From a virus (Duplodnaviria; Caudoviricetes): a stretch of 64,000 bases of DNA. The position numbers and the translations under genes are program-made. The DNA lies in IMG/VR virus record IMGVR_UViG_2974629863_000001, positions 32,001 to 96,000 of that record, one strand, 5' to 3'. Under the pieces are notes generated by a model that was not told the origin of the DNA, did no database searches, and saw nothing but the letters and a program-made list of their open reading frames with translations. The first letter of the stretch is position 1; each line of letters begins with the position of its first letter. Below, one piece after another: positions 9,428-19,495 of the stretch.

Positions 9428-10350
9428 AAGAATTATACAGTAACGACACAAACGTAATTGACATCTATACATCTGCAAGAGGTAAGCCGGTAGAACCACT
9501 AGCCTTACCAACTGCAAAGCTGTATGTGTCTGCTACGAAACAGTTTCCACTAACGGGGACTATTTTAGCGGTCGTTCAGAAGAAGGATGAAGAAGACGCA
9601 CCAATAGTAGGTCAATATGAGACTATTGTTCCTCAACAGGCAGTAGCTCAGCGTAGATATGCACGAGTAGTCATTTCCTATGAACTGCCGGATCATGGAG
9701 TGATAGAACAAGAGACTATCTATGAACCAACACGTAGACTAATGGCATTTGAAGAGCTAAACGATATCCTAGGAGCAGATGCTCATGGGGAGTCACATGC
9801 ACTTAACTACAAAGAGTATGACTTGCTAGAAACGATTACTAGAAAGATCATTGAGTCATATATTGATCAGAAGTTTACGCTATGGCTAGGAACGCGGGAG
9901 GTTTACGCGGGTGAGACGTATGTAGGACTACCTCAGCATATGGAATATCTTCTGAGTGTAACAAGGGACGATCAATTTGTTCCTACAGAAGCTCTAGCAG
10001 GATCTAGCTACAAGTTGGCAGAATCAGGATTATCGATTTCAAACAAGTCATCAATTCCTGTTCCTAACTTCTTGAATCAGAGAACAAAGATCAATGTTAC
10101 TCACTACATTAATGGTCTATGGGGCTACAAGTCGATTCCATCTGAAGTAACTCAGGCATTCCTAGAAGTATTTCACATCGTAAATACTGACACGATCGAT
10201 GATCGTAGAAACTATCTTTCTACATCTACAAATGATGGTGGCAATCTTATGAGACGATTTAACTGGATGAGTTACACAGATAGTACAGGTAACCCGATAG
10301 CAGATGAGCTTCTAAATCCGTTTAGAATCTACAATGTGAACGTAGTATAA
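9424..10350 (+). CDS. Head-to-tail adaptor
   Basis: Position; C-terminal G.WGY..IP.EV.QA and TGNPIADELL.PFR typical of gp6-like adaptors. Confidence 0.7.
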   Translation: MKELYSNDTNVIDIYTSARGKPVEPLALPTAKLYVSATKQFPLTGTILAVVQKKDEEDAPIVGQYETIVPQQAVAQRRYARVVISYELPDHGVIEQETIYEPTRRLMAFEELNDILGADAHGESHALNYKEYDLLETITRKIIESYIDQKFTLWLGTREVYAGETYVGLPQHMEYLLSVTRDDQFVPTEALAGSSYKLAESGLSISNKSSIPVPNFLNQRTKINVTHYINGLWGYKSIPSEVTQAFLEVFHIVNTDTIDDRRNYLSTSTNDGGNLMRRFNWMSYTDSTGNPIADELLNPFRIYNVNVV

Positions 10351-10372
10351 TTTATATGCTATAATAACCATT

Positions 10373-10786
10373 ATGGTATTAATGAATGACAATGTTCCGG
10401 TTGGTCGTTTGCGTGAAGCACGTAAGCTGATTAAGGAAGCATTGGAAGATTCGGGCATTAAAGCTGTTGATTATAATGAATCGAATATAATTCCTCCGGT
10501 AGCCATAATCGTTCCGAATGAAGAATATATTTTGCAACCGGGCAAAACACAAAAGCTAAATGAAGAGATGAACGTAGGTCTGTCAATTCTTTTAGTTGCT
10601 AGCCGTGGACTAGAGCCTAAGAACGGTGATGAATTAGATGATTTGATTCAGACTGCCTATGTCATTCTAGGTAAGTTCTTGGATATAGATACAGCATCTG
10701 GCCCTGGTCAGGTGAGCATTAAGAACAATAAGTACTTAGGTTCTGTAATGCAAGTGCAGTACCAAATAAAATTAGGAGGAGAATAA
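10373..10786 (+). CDS. Tail terminator / tail completion protein
   Basis: Size and position directly before the major tail gene; PPVAIIVP motif. Confidence 0.55.
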   Translation: MVLMNDNVPVGRLREARKLIKEALEDSGIKAVDYNESNIIPPVAIIVPNEEYILQPGKTQKLNEEMNVGLSILLVASRGLEPKNGDELDDLIQTAYVILGKFLDIDTASGPGQVSIKNNKYLGSVMQVQYQIKLGGE

Positions 10787-10791
10787 ACAAA

Positions 10792-11208
10792 ATGGCTTTA
10801 ACAAATGGAAAACTTAAGAGTATTTTCGCGCTCAAGGTGGGTGCAGTTGACTACACCGGCGACGTTACTCAGTTCGAAGTTACTTCAGACGAAGCTGATC
10901 AGGATGCTATGACTTTCGCAGAATACAACGCGGGTACAAACCGTGCTTGGACTCTAACAGTTACAGCAGCTTGGGATGGTGGTTCACAGGGTTCGCTTCA
11001 CGCTTACCTATGGGATAATGCCGGAACTACAGCAGACTTTGATATTCAGCCTGTTGGTGGAGTAGTTTCCGCCACCAAGCCAAAGTATACAGGTCAAGTT
11101 CGTCTACCCCAGCGCCCAGACATCAACGTCGAAGCTGGTAACGAATCAACATTCGAGTACGAGTTCGAAATCATTGGCGAACCTAATAAGGTTACGTCCG
11201 CGACCTAA
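10792..11208 (+). CDS. Major tail protein
   Basis: Strong SD AGGAG; upstream of chaperone and tape measure; tube-protein-like sequence. Confidence 0.8.
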   Translation: MALTNGKLKSIFALKVGAVDYTGDVTQFEVTSDEADQDAMTFAEYNAGTNRAWTLTVTAAWDGGSQGSLHAYLWDNAGTTADFDIQPVGGVVSATKPKYTGQVRLPQRPDINVEAGNESTFEYEFEIIGEPNKVTSAT

Positions 11209-11224
11209 GATTGGTCGATCTTAA

Positions 11225-11629
11225 ATGATTAAGGTTCGAATAAAGGTAGATAAGGCCGACCTCATCTCAAGACTAGAGAAATTTAGCGCAGAGATGAAGG
11301 TCGGTCTTTTACCAGCTTGGCAGAGAATTGGGCGCAGACTGCATCAAGCTGAAATAAGCATGGCACCAGTTGATACGGGTAACCTTAGAAACAGTATCGA
11401 AACAACAGCATATGTAATGGGCGTTAAATCCAAATCAGATGCTATAGATCCACGCAATGGCTACAATTATGCTAGAATACAACATGATGGTGGTTATGCA
11501 GAAGGTTGGGCTGGACCCCACATTATTGCCGGAAAGTTCTACATGGATATTCCTTTATTAAGGACAGACGCCGGTGAAGAGTTAGAATATGAGATAGACA
11601 AGATTATCGCAAGATGCGGTTTAAACTAA
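11225..11629 (+). CDS. HK97 gp10-like neck / tail completion protein
   Basis: APVDTGNLRNSI and YA..QH.G motifs. Confidence 0.75.
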   Translation: MIKVRIKVDKADLISRLEKFSAEMKVGLLPAWQRIGRRLHQAEISMAPVDTGNLRNSIETTAYVMGVKSKSDAIDPRNGYNYARIQHDGGYAEGWAGPHIIAGKFYMDIPLLRTDAGEELEYEIDKIIARCGLN

Positions 11630-11647
11630 TAGGAGATTAAAGAAAAC

Positions 11648-11932
11648 ATGGCAGTAAAGAAGACAAAAGACGATGAAGATTTCACTTACGCAGAGCTAGT
11701 CGAGTATGAAGATCTTGCAGGCGAACCACTAGATGCACTTAATGATTCTGAGCGTCCTCGCCTAAAGAAGATTGCTTACCTAGGTTGGATTCGCGCAAAG
11801 CGTTCAAATCCGGGTGTTAAGTTCCAGGAGTACATCAATGAAACTCCTGCAGAGAAAATCATGAAGGATGCTTTCGGAGAGCAGACTGAAGAAAAAAAAG
11901 AGAGTACGAACTCCGACAAAACCGAGCAGTAA
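11648..11932 (+). CDS. Tail assembly chaperone (G product)
   Basis: Between tail genes and tape measure; contains slippery A-AAA-AAA. Confidence 0.8.
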   Translation: MAVKKTKDDEDFTYAELVEYEDLAGEPLDALNDSERPRLKKIAYLGWIRAKRSNPGVKFQEYINETPAEKIMKDAFGEQTEEKKESTNSDKTEQ

Positions 11933-12057
11933 GAAAAGCTAGGTTCTGTATATTTACAGGAGTTCAACCCTCAGAGTATGAAAAGATGACTCTAAGGGAA
12001 CAATCTGCTTTCGTTGAGGCAGCAGAAGAAAAATATAAACCAAAAAAAGGTAAGTAA
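11648..12057 (+). CDS. Tail assembly chaperone, -1 frameshift (GT) product
   Basis: Slippery GAAAAAAAAG at 11891-11900; the -1 frame is open to TAA 12055-12057 (REYELRQNRAVRKARFCIFTGVQPSEYEKMTLREQSAFVEAAEEKYKPKKGK). Confidence 0.8.
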
Positions 12058-12076
12058 AGAAGGGGTTGTTTTTTAA

Positions 12077-15000
12077 GTGTCGAATACAGTAAAAGTCGAA
12101 ATCCAGGGATCGGAGAGTGTATCTGATGCCGTGGATAAGGCTATTGCTAAACTTCAGCAGCTTAAAGACAGAAACATTGACATCAATGTTGATACCGACA
12201 AAGCTGAACGTAAGATTGACGATCTAGAAAAGAAGATCAAAGCTCTTCGTGATGGTAATGTCGATATTGACATTGATGTTGATACTTCTAAGGCAGATAC
12301 TAAGATTGATAAGCTACAGGCTAAGCTTGTAGCTCTATCAGACGGTACAGCTAAAGTTGATGTCGATACAAAGGCAGCACGAGATAAGCTTACATATCTA
12401 AATGCACGTATTTCAGCGTTAAGCGAGAATACTCCAAGTATTGATGTTGATACTACCAAGGCACGTGCAAAGCTAACGTACCTACATGGTAGATTAAAAG
12501 CACTAGGTGATGAAAAGGTCAGCATTGATGTTGACACAGAGAAGGCCCGCGATAAGATTAGGTATCTTCACAATCGTATGGCCGAACTTGGCGATAAGAG
12601 AATCGGTGTTGATATTGACACTGAAAAAGCTCGTGACAAGATCCGTTACCTAAAGAATAGCTTCAAAGAACTAACAGATGCTAATGTAGCCATTGATGTA
12701 GATAACTCAATGGCACTAGCCAAGATTGCTGCAGTTCAAACAGCTCTAGATTCACTCACTGATCGTACAATCAACATTGACGTTAATGATGAGGCAGTCG
12801 GGCGGGCGGTAAGGAATTCAAGAGGTAGAAACACTACTAGAACTGACTCTGAGTTCGTAACAAGAGAACTGCAAAGAGCTAGGGACAATGGTCTAGATGT
12901 AGACGTAAATGCAAACTTCGATGATTACGATCAAGAAGTAAAGAAGCGTCAGAAGACAACAATCAAGTATGAAGTAGATACTACTTCACTTCGAGACGTA
13001 TTCGACTCAGACAAGTACAAGATAGGAACCGTCTACAAGAAGGACGGAGAAATCATTGAACTTGAAGCTAATGTTGATCTTGATGATATCAAAAATCTAG
13101 ATGCTGAAGTAAATAGACTAAATAACAAGAGAATCAAGTTCAATGTAGAAACTACATTCGATGAAGACGGAGAAGCCCTAGAGCGTTGGGTTGCCGTTGG
13201 TCGCCACAGAATGCGCATCGCTGTAGATACTGAAATTGATGATGATCACGTTCTGGCATTGGCTCGCGGCATTCAGGAGCGTCAATTCGTTGTGCATGGT
13301 CAAATTGACGAAAGAGTCTCTGAATTCATGCGTAGACTTGATAACAATCCAAATAAGCGTATTAGATACACTATCGAAACAAGAGATTTCGATGGTCAGC
13401 TTATGCATGTTCTTAGAGAAGATAACAAAGTCATCAAGATCATTCCGAACACGGATGCATTCGAGCGTGACCTTGCGGATATTGAAAAGAACAGAACCAT
13501 TCGATATGACATTGAAAGAAATGATATCGATGGTGAAATTAGAGACTTCTTAAATATTGGTGATAGAACAATTGACGTTGATGTTGACGTTCACGATGCA
13601 GAAGCGGTAGCTAAATTAGCACTTCTAACTCGTCGTAGAACAGCAGATGTTGACGTTGATGTTGATCGCAATGGGAGATTAAGTAACTCACTAAGAAACA
13701 TTAATACTGGTTTCGGAACGATGGGTAGACTTGCTGGACGAGTAACTAGTGCCTTCGCAGGTATGACCACTCGTATTCCTGTTCTTGGTGGTTTATTCAA
13801 GTCACTCAATATGGCTAATAGCGGTCTTGGTGATATGGCTGCAAATGGTGGAAAGATTGCTGGCATTGCTGGTCCTATTGGACAGGCTGCAATTGCCGTT
13901 GGTGCAGCAGCTCTATCTATGCAGATCTTCTCAGCTGTAGGTGTCGCTGGTACTACAGCTCTAACAGGTGGTCTATATCTAACTATGGCTGCAATGGGTG
14001 CTGTGTCAGGTGTAGCTTCAGCATTAGCAGGTGTTGTCGGTGGTGGTCTCGCAGCAGGATTTATTTACTTTGCTTCTAAGGCTCCAGAGGTTAGCGCAGC
14101 GTTCGATGATCTTGGAAATCACGTTACTTCAGTAATGGAAGATATTTCTTCTGTCGTTGCACCTTCGCTTACTAGAGCTGCCGGAATGATGTCATCTTCA
14201 TTCGATATGATGCGTCCAAGCTTAGAGCGAATGGCTACAGGAACTTCTAAGCTTGTTGATAATCTATCAGGCAAATTACCCGCAGTTGCTCAGGCTCTTG
14301 GCCCTGCCCTAGAACAGGCATTTAGAGCAGGCTCAAAGCATCTAAGTGTCATTGGAGACGCACTACCAGGCATCATTACTGGTTTCGGTAACTTCATGGA
14401 TAAGCTTGGTTCAGTAGAAGTTGTTAAGGCAGCTACTAGCGTATGGAATGCACTTCCAGGAATTATTGAAGGAACCGGAACAGCAATTGAAAAAGTCGCT
14501 GCCGGTTACAATAACCTACGTGAGTTCTTTAGCTCTTCAGATCTAGCTCCACTAAAAGAAGGATGGGCAGCTCTTAAGGATACTATTGGTAATATCAACT
14601 GGACTCCATTAATTAATGGCACCAAGGATGCTATGAATGCTCTTGGTGGCTTCATGGAATCTATCGATGGTGAAAATGTCGAACAGATGTTTACCGGCAT
14701 TGTCAATGGTGTCGAAGGTCTTACTTCCGCTGCAGAAAAACTTAATCTAGACGGATTCCTTGCAGGACTGTCACAGGTGTTCGGTGCATTCGGTAAGATT
14801 ACAGACGGTATGGCGTCAATTGCCAAACCAGCACTTGACGGGCTAAATTGGATCGGTGACAAGGTTGCAGGTCTATTTGGTGCGGACCCAATTAAGATTC
14901 CTACCGATGTTGATCTAACAAAGGCACAGGGAAAGATTAATGAAATTAAGAATATGGACATTGCGCCTATTCTTATTAAACTTAAGATTGAAGAGCTAAA

Positions 15001-18000
15001 CGAAGCGGACAATCCAACTCGTAAGCCAATGAACTTCCCAGTTGTTCCAGAAGTAAAGCCGGGTTCATTTAGTTCACTACTAGATTCTCTAAAGCAGGAT
15101 ACTATTCCTGTTAATGTAGATCCGAAAATGAATGATATTTCAAATCTACAGTCAAGTCTAACTGGTCTAAATCTAACTTCAGATGTCATCCCTAAGCTTA
15201 AGAATGCTACGAGTCTTCAGCAGGTTGCAGACGCAATTCGCCTAGAGATTCCAATGAATCCTAAGCTTCAGAATAATGCCGATGTTCAGTCTCTACTAGA
15301 TTCCATCGATGCAATTCTCAAGGTTAAGCCAGATTTCGAGGGAGGAATCGGTGAGCTACAAGCATTACTAATGGCTCAGGATCTAGTAGCAAAGGCAAGA
15401 GCAGAACTAGAAAACCCAGAAAGCATCGCAGATGCACTAGCTACCCTAGACAATATCCTCAAGGTTACCCCTGAGCTTTCTGAAGTTGGTTCGATTCAGG
15501 AACTTCTTACAGGTATTAAGACATTCCTTAATGTCACTCCTCAAATGAGAGATACTGGTGCGCTTCAGTCTGCTATTGAAGGTATTACTACTACAATTAA
15601 GCCAGACATTAGTATTGATGAAGGCATTGGAAAGATCAAGGATGCTCTCAGTAAGATTAATCTAGAGGTTAATCCTGAACTGGCTGACTTTAAGGCAGAT
15701 CTAGAAGGACAACTTGCCGCACTAGAAGGAATTATGAAGGTTCGCCCTGAACTAAATGGCGATTCTTCTATTCAGTCGGCGCTTGCAGCTCTAAATTCAT
15801 GGGTTCGAGTAACTCCTAGACTTGATGATGCAGATTCTATTAGTAATCTAATCAGTATGCTAGAAGCTGTAATTAATGTTAATCCTGAACTTAATGCAGG
15901 TGGCGTTGGAGCTATTCTAGATATCCTTAGAGGAATGAATGCAGAGTTCCCAGTAACTCCGAACCTGCAACAGCCTCCTGTGATGCCAGGTCTAGATGTG
16001 ACTCTAAATCCAACAGTTCCGCAGAGTCCTATTGCTGTGCCTGGTGTTGTAGATCCCCTCAATCCTCCTAAGGGTGGACTTGGAGATGTATTCAGAATCC
16101 CCGGAACGGTTGATCCTCTAAATGTTCCTAAAACAACATCGCCGTTAGAGGTTCCAGGATCTATTACTCCTTTACAGCTACCTTCAGGTATTCCTGGATT
16201 TAATGTTCCTATTAAGGGAACTCTAGATGTAGATGGAATCGCTAGAAGTCTCGAGAATGTAACACCTTCAATCGGTGTTCTTCCTACGATTACTAATGGT
16301 TCTCAGATTCTAGATCAGCTAAATAGCATGAATGCTCAGATTGAAGCAGGAGTGACTATTAAGGATACTGGAAGCGTACTTGACACTCTAAATAATCTAG
16401 AGGCTACTGTCAAGGCTAATCCTGAAATGGGAAATGCCGATGCAATCATTGCGGCGATTGCAGCTATTAGAGCAATCTTGAAGCCAGACGTTGAACCTAA
16501 ATTCGATGGAATTATGGGCAAGGTCCCAGATCTACCAGCAATTGATCAGCCTGTTAAATTAAAGAAAGATCTTTCGGAAGCGCAGACCGCTCTACCTCCA
16601 ATCGTTCAAGAGGTTATTGTTCGACGCAAGGCAGAGCCAAGTGTTGCAGCTAATCTACAGACGATTGAAACAAAGACTGTAAGATTAATTCCAGATACTT
16701 CAGCTCTACAGGCAATCACGATTCCACCGATTACTGTTCAAGTAACCGTGGCGTCCAATGCTGCCGAAATTCAGGGTCTCATTTCTATGATTCCTCTAAG
16801 CATTACGACTCAGCATACAGTTCAGTCTAATGCAGCAGCAGTAGCCGGATCTATTCAGCAGATTCCTCTATCAATGAATACACAGCACACAGTGTCTTCA
16901 AACGTAGCGGATATTGATGCACAGGTTCGTTCTATTCCTGCAACAATGCTTACAGAGCACACTACAACTACAAATACACAAGCTACGATCGATCTAGTGA
17001 ACTCAATTCCAAAGAGTTCACAGACTGATCACACAGTCAACACAAACGTGGATTCAGCTCTATCACGCATCCGCTCACTAAGTGGACAGAACACATCATC
17101 AACACACACAGTTAATGTCGTTGTTAATGGTGGTGGCGGTCTACCAGGTGGAGCAAGTATTTCTGCATTCTCCGGTATGGCTGGAATTGGTGCTGCACCT
17201 ATGGGTATGATGGGCGCAGCTTCAGACGGTTCTTCACTATTCGGAGCAGCGGGAGCTACTGGCGGACTAAGCAATAACTTCAAGTTCTCACAGAAGACAG
17301 GGGGATCACTACTTAAGGTGGCTACCATTGTTAAGGGTGGAATTGTTAAGGCTTGGGAAGATGTTGGATCATCTGGCGGTAAGTCATTCATGGAAGGCCT
17401 ATCAGAATCACTAGATGCTATTTCTAAGATCATCAATGAGGTTGTCAATATCGGCAACAGCATTAAGGAACTTATGGAAGCTCTCAATCCAAAGCCGGAA
17501 GGTCTAGAGAACGCTGCAAAGGATATTGCAGATGCATCTAAGGATATTGATAAGAACCTATCCAATACTGCAGATTCAGTCAAGACGAACTCAGAAGCAA
17601 TTAACAAGGCTGTGCAGTTCAATCCAGACGTACAGGGTCTTCAGAATATTTGGGGTCAGGTTGGTCAGAAGATCGAGGGTGCATTCTCTAAGGGTATTGG
17701 TTCAGCTCAGAACACAATTGGTACTGCATTCTCTGAGATTCAGGCAACGCTATCTAAGCCTTTCCAGAACCTACCAGAAATCAATCTAGATCAGATTGTA
17801 AAGGGAGACTTCTCAAGTATCTTTGCTGGTATTGAACAGAAGAAGGCAGAATTTACACAGGCATTCGAGTCAGCTAAGCAAACAGCTCTTAACGCGGTGC
17901 CTGGACTTAACGATGCCTTTAATCAGGTTGGTAGAGATATCGGAGCAGCATTCGGTTGGGGTGTAGATGAATCTATCGCCAACATGAGAGCTAAGAACCC

Positions 18001-19495
18001 TGAAATCTCATCAGTTCTAGACACTTTCACAGCTAATGCAACTGGAATCCAGACAGCTTGGCAGAATGCCGGAACACAGATCGGTACTGCATTCCAGACA
18101 GGTGTAGATCAGACCAAGGCTCTTGTTACTTCTAAGATTCAAGAAGTCAAGGGTATAATTGATGCACCTATTGCAGCACAGCCACAAATTGATATGCCTG
18201 CAGTTCTCGGAGGAAACTTCGATTCAGTTCTAGCAGCAATCAATGTTAAGAAGACTGAATTCGAGCAGGCCTTTACAGGTATTGGCAACATTGCTACTAC
18301 TACAGGTCCACAGATCCAGGCTAATTGGTCCCAGATGGGTACATCAATGGGGCAGTCATTTACTGGTGCTCTAGATCAGTCTAAGGCTCTAATGCAGCAA
18401 GCTGTAGATGCAGCTAAGCAACAGCTAGAGCTTCCACAGACATTCACACCGAATGTTCAGGCTCTTCCACAGGCAATGGATCAGAACCTTAATGGTCTTG
18501 TTTCATCTATCGAACAGAAGAAGCCAGAAGTTGACGCAGCGATGCAGCAGCTTACTCAGGGTGCAGCTACATCTATTCCACCTACGACAAGCAAGCACAA
18601 CATTGAAAGCAACATTGCAGAAGTTACAGCTCAGATCAATTCTCTAAACGGAATGGTTACAAGCTCAACTCACATGATCAATGTTGTTACAATGGGTGGC
18701 GGTGGAATCGCTGGTATTGCTGGTATTGCAGGAATCGGCGCAGCCGGAATGTCTGGTGCCGCGCCTATTATGGGAATGGCAGGAGCAGCAGGAGAAGGTG
18801 AGGGATTAACTGGTGCTCTAGGTGCTGGTGGAATGACTTCAGATTTCCGCTACACAAATGGTTCCGGTGGATCACTACTACAGATTTCTAACCTTGTTAA
18901 GAATGGAATTATCCAAGCTTGGGAAGGCCTCGGAGAAGAAGTAGGAACTTCATTCTCCAATGGAATCAGCAACTCTCAGGTTCTAGTTGTAGACGCTATC
19001 GGTGATATTGTCGGTCTAGCTGGCAAGACAATTACTGTTAAGCAACTAGTTGATGTTGAAGGAACTGTAGTCGGATCTATTGTTGAAGTTGGTGACACAA
19101 TCTCAGCCATTACAGGTGTTACAAGTTCAGTTGGTAATCTAGAATCAGTTCTAGGTTCTGTTGGAAACGTAATCAGCTCTGTAGGTGGATTCGGTGGTGC
19201 TCTTGGTGTTCTAGGTCCAATCGGACAGATCATTAGTTCACTAGGAACTCTATTCGGACTATTTGGAGGTTGGTTCGGTCAGCATAAGGGTGGAGCTTAT
19301 GTTTCATCTGGTTCACTAAATGAATCAGGTCAAATGGTTCACTACAACACTCAGCAGACTGTTAATAATCACTTCGATGGTGGATTACTCGGTGACCCAG
19401 AGCGTCAGGCTAAGAAGGTGCTAGATGTGCTAGAATTAGCCGGTAGTTCTAGAAGAGCTAACGCAGTACTAGGAAACGGAGAGTTATCAGTTTAA
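12077..19495 (+). CDS. Tape measure protein
   Basis: 2472 aa after the chaperone; Ala/Gly-rich helical and hydrophobic segments; multiple repeats. Confidence 0.92.
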   Translation: MSNTVKVEIQGSESVSDAVDKAIAKLQQLKDRNIDINVDTDKAERKIDDLEKKIKALRDGNVDIDIDVDTSKADTKIDKLQAKLVALSDGTAKVDVDTKAARDKLTYLNARISALSENTPSIDVDTTKARAKLTYLHGRLKALGDEKVSIDVDTEKARDKIRYLHNRMAELGDKRIGVDIDTEKARDKIRYLKNSFKELTDANVAIDVDNSMALAKIAAVQTALDSLTDRTINIDVNDEAVGRAVRNSRGRNTTRTDSEFVTRELQRARDNGLDVDVNANFDDYDQEVKKRQKTTIKYEVDTTSLRDVFDSDKYKIGTVYKKDGEIIELEANVDLDDIKNLDAEVNRLNNKRIKFNVETTFDEDGEALERWVAVGRHRMRIAVDTEIDDDHVLALARGIQERQFVVHGQIDERVSEFMRRLDNNPNKRIRYTIETRDFDGQLMHVLREDNKVIKIIPNTDAFERDLADIEKNRTIRYDIERNDIDGEIRDFLNIGDRTIDVDVDVHDAEAVAKLALLTRRRTADVDVDVDRNGRLSNSLRNINTGFGTMGRLAGRVTSAFAGMTTRIPVLGGLFKSLNMANSGLGDMAANGGKIAGIAGPIGQAAIAVGAAALSMQIFSAVGVAGTTALTGGLYLTMAAMGAVSGVASALAGVVGGGLAAGFIYFASKAPEVSAAFDDLGNHVTSVMEDISSVVAPSLTRAAGMMSSSFDMMRPSLERMATGTSKLVDNLSGKLPAVAQALGPALEQAFRAGSKHLSVIGDALPGIITGFGNFMDKLGSVEVVKAATSVWNALPGIIEGTGTAIEKVAAGYNNLREFFSSSDLAPLKEGWAALKDTIGNINWTPLINGTKDAMNALGGFMESIDGENVEQMFTGIVNGVEGLTSAAEKLNLDGFLAGLSQVFGAFGKITDGMASIAKPALDGLNWIGDKVAGLFGADPIKIPTDVDLTKAQGKINEIKNMDIAPILIKLKIEELNEADNPTRKPMNFPVVPEVKPGSFSSLLDSLKQDTIPVNVDPKMNDISNLQSSLTGLNLTSDVIPKLKNATSLQQVADAIRLEIPMNPKLQNNADVQSLLDSIDAILKVKPDFEGGIGELQALLMAQDLVAKARAELENPESIADALATLDNILKVTPELSEVGSIQELLTGIKTFLNVTPQMRDTGALQSAIEGITTTIKPDISIDEGIGKIKDALSKINLEVNPELADFKADLEGQLAALEGIMKVRPELNGDSSIQSALAALNSWVRVTPRLDDADSISNLISMLEAVINVNPELNAGGVGAILDILRGMNAEFPVTPNLQQPPVMPGLDVTLNPTVPQSPIAVPGVVDPLNPPKGGLGDVFRIPGTVDPLNVPKTTSPLEVPGSITPLQLPSGIPGFNVPIKGTLDVDGIARSLENVTPSIGVLPTITNGSQILDQLNSMNAQIEAGVTIKDTGSVLDTLNNLEATVKANPEMGNADAIIAAIAAIRAILKPDVEPKFDGIMGKVPDLPAIDQPVKLKKDLSEAQTALPPIVQEVIVRRKAEPSVAANLQTIETKTVRLIPDTSALQAITIPPITVQVTVASNAAEIQGLISMIPLSITTQHTVQSNAAAVAGSIQQIPLSMNTQHTVSSNVADIDAQVRSIPATMLTEHTTTTNTQATIDLVNSIPKSSQTDHTVNTNVDSALSRIRSLSGQNTSSTHTVNVVVNGGGGLPGGASISAFSGMAGIGAAPMGMMGAASDGSSLFGAAGATGGLSNNFKFSQKTGGSLLKVATIVKGGIVKAWEDVGSSGGKSFMEGLSESLDAISKIINEVVNIGNSIKELMEALNPKPEGLENAAKDIADASKDIDKNLSNTADSVKTNSEAINKAVQFNPDVQGLQNIWGQVGQKIEGAFSKGIGSAQNTIGTAFSEIQATLSKPFQNLPEINLDQIVKGDFSSIFAGIEQKKAEFTQAFESAKQTALNAVPGLNDAFNQVGRDIGAAFGWGVDESIANMRAKNPEISSVLDTFTANATGIQTAWQNAGTQIGTAFQTGVDQTKALVTSKIQEVKGIIDAPIAAQPQIDMPAVLGGNFDSVLAAINVKKTEFEQAFTGIGNIATTTGPQIQANWSQMGTSMGQSFTGALDQSKALMQQAVDAAKQQLELPQTFTPNVQALPQAMDQNLNGLVSSIEQKKPEVDAAMQQLTQGAATSIPPTTSKHNIESNIAEVTAQINSLNGMVTSSTHMINVVTMGGGGIAGIAGIAGIGAAGMSGAAPIMGMAGAAGEGEGLTGALGAGGMTSDFRYTNGSGGSLLQISNLVKNGIIQAWEGLGEEVGTSFSNGISNSQVLVVDAIGDIVGLAGKTITVKQLVDVEGTVVGSIVEVGDTISAITGVTSSVGNLESVLGSVGNVISSVGGFGGALGVLGPIGQIISSLGTLFGLFGGWFGQHKGGAYVSSGSLNESGQMVHYNTQQTVNNHFDGGLLGDPERQAKKVLDVLELAGSSRRANAVLGNGELSV

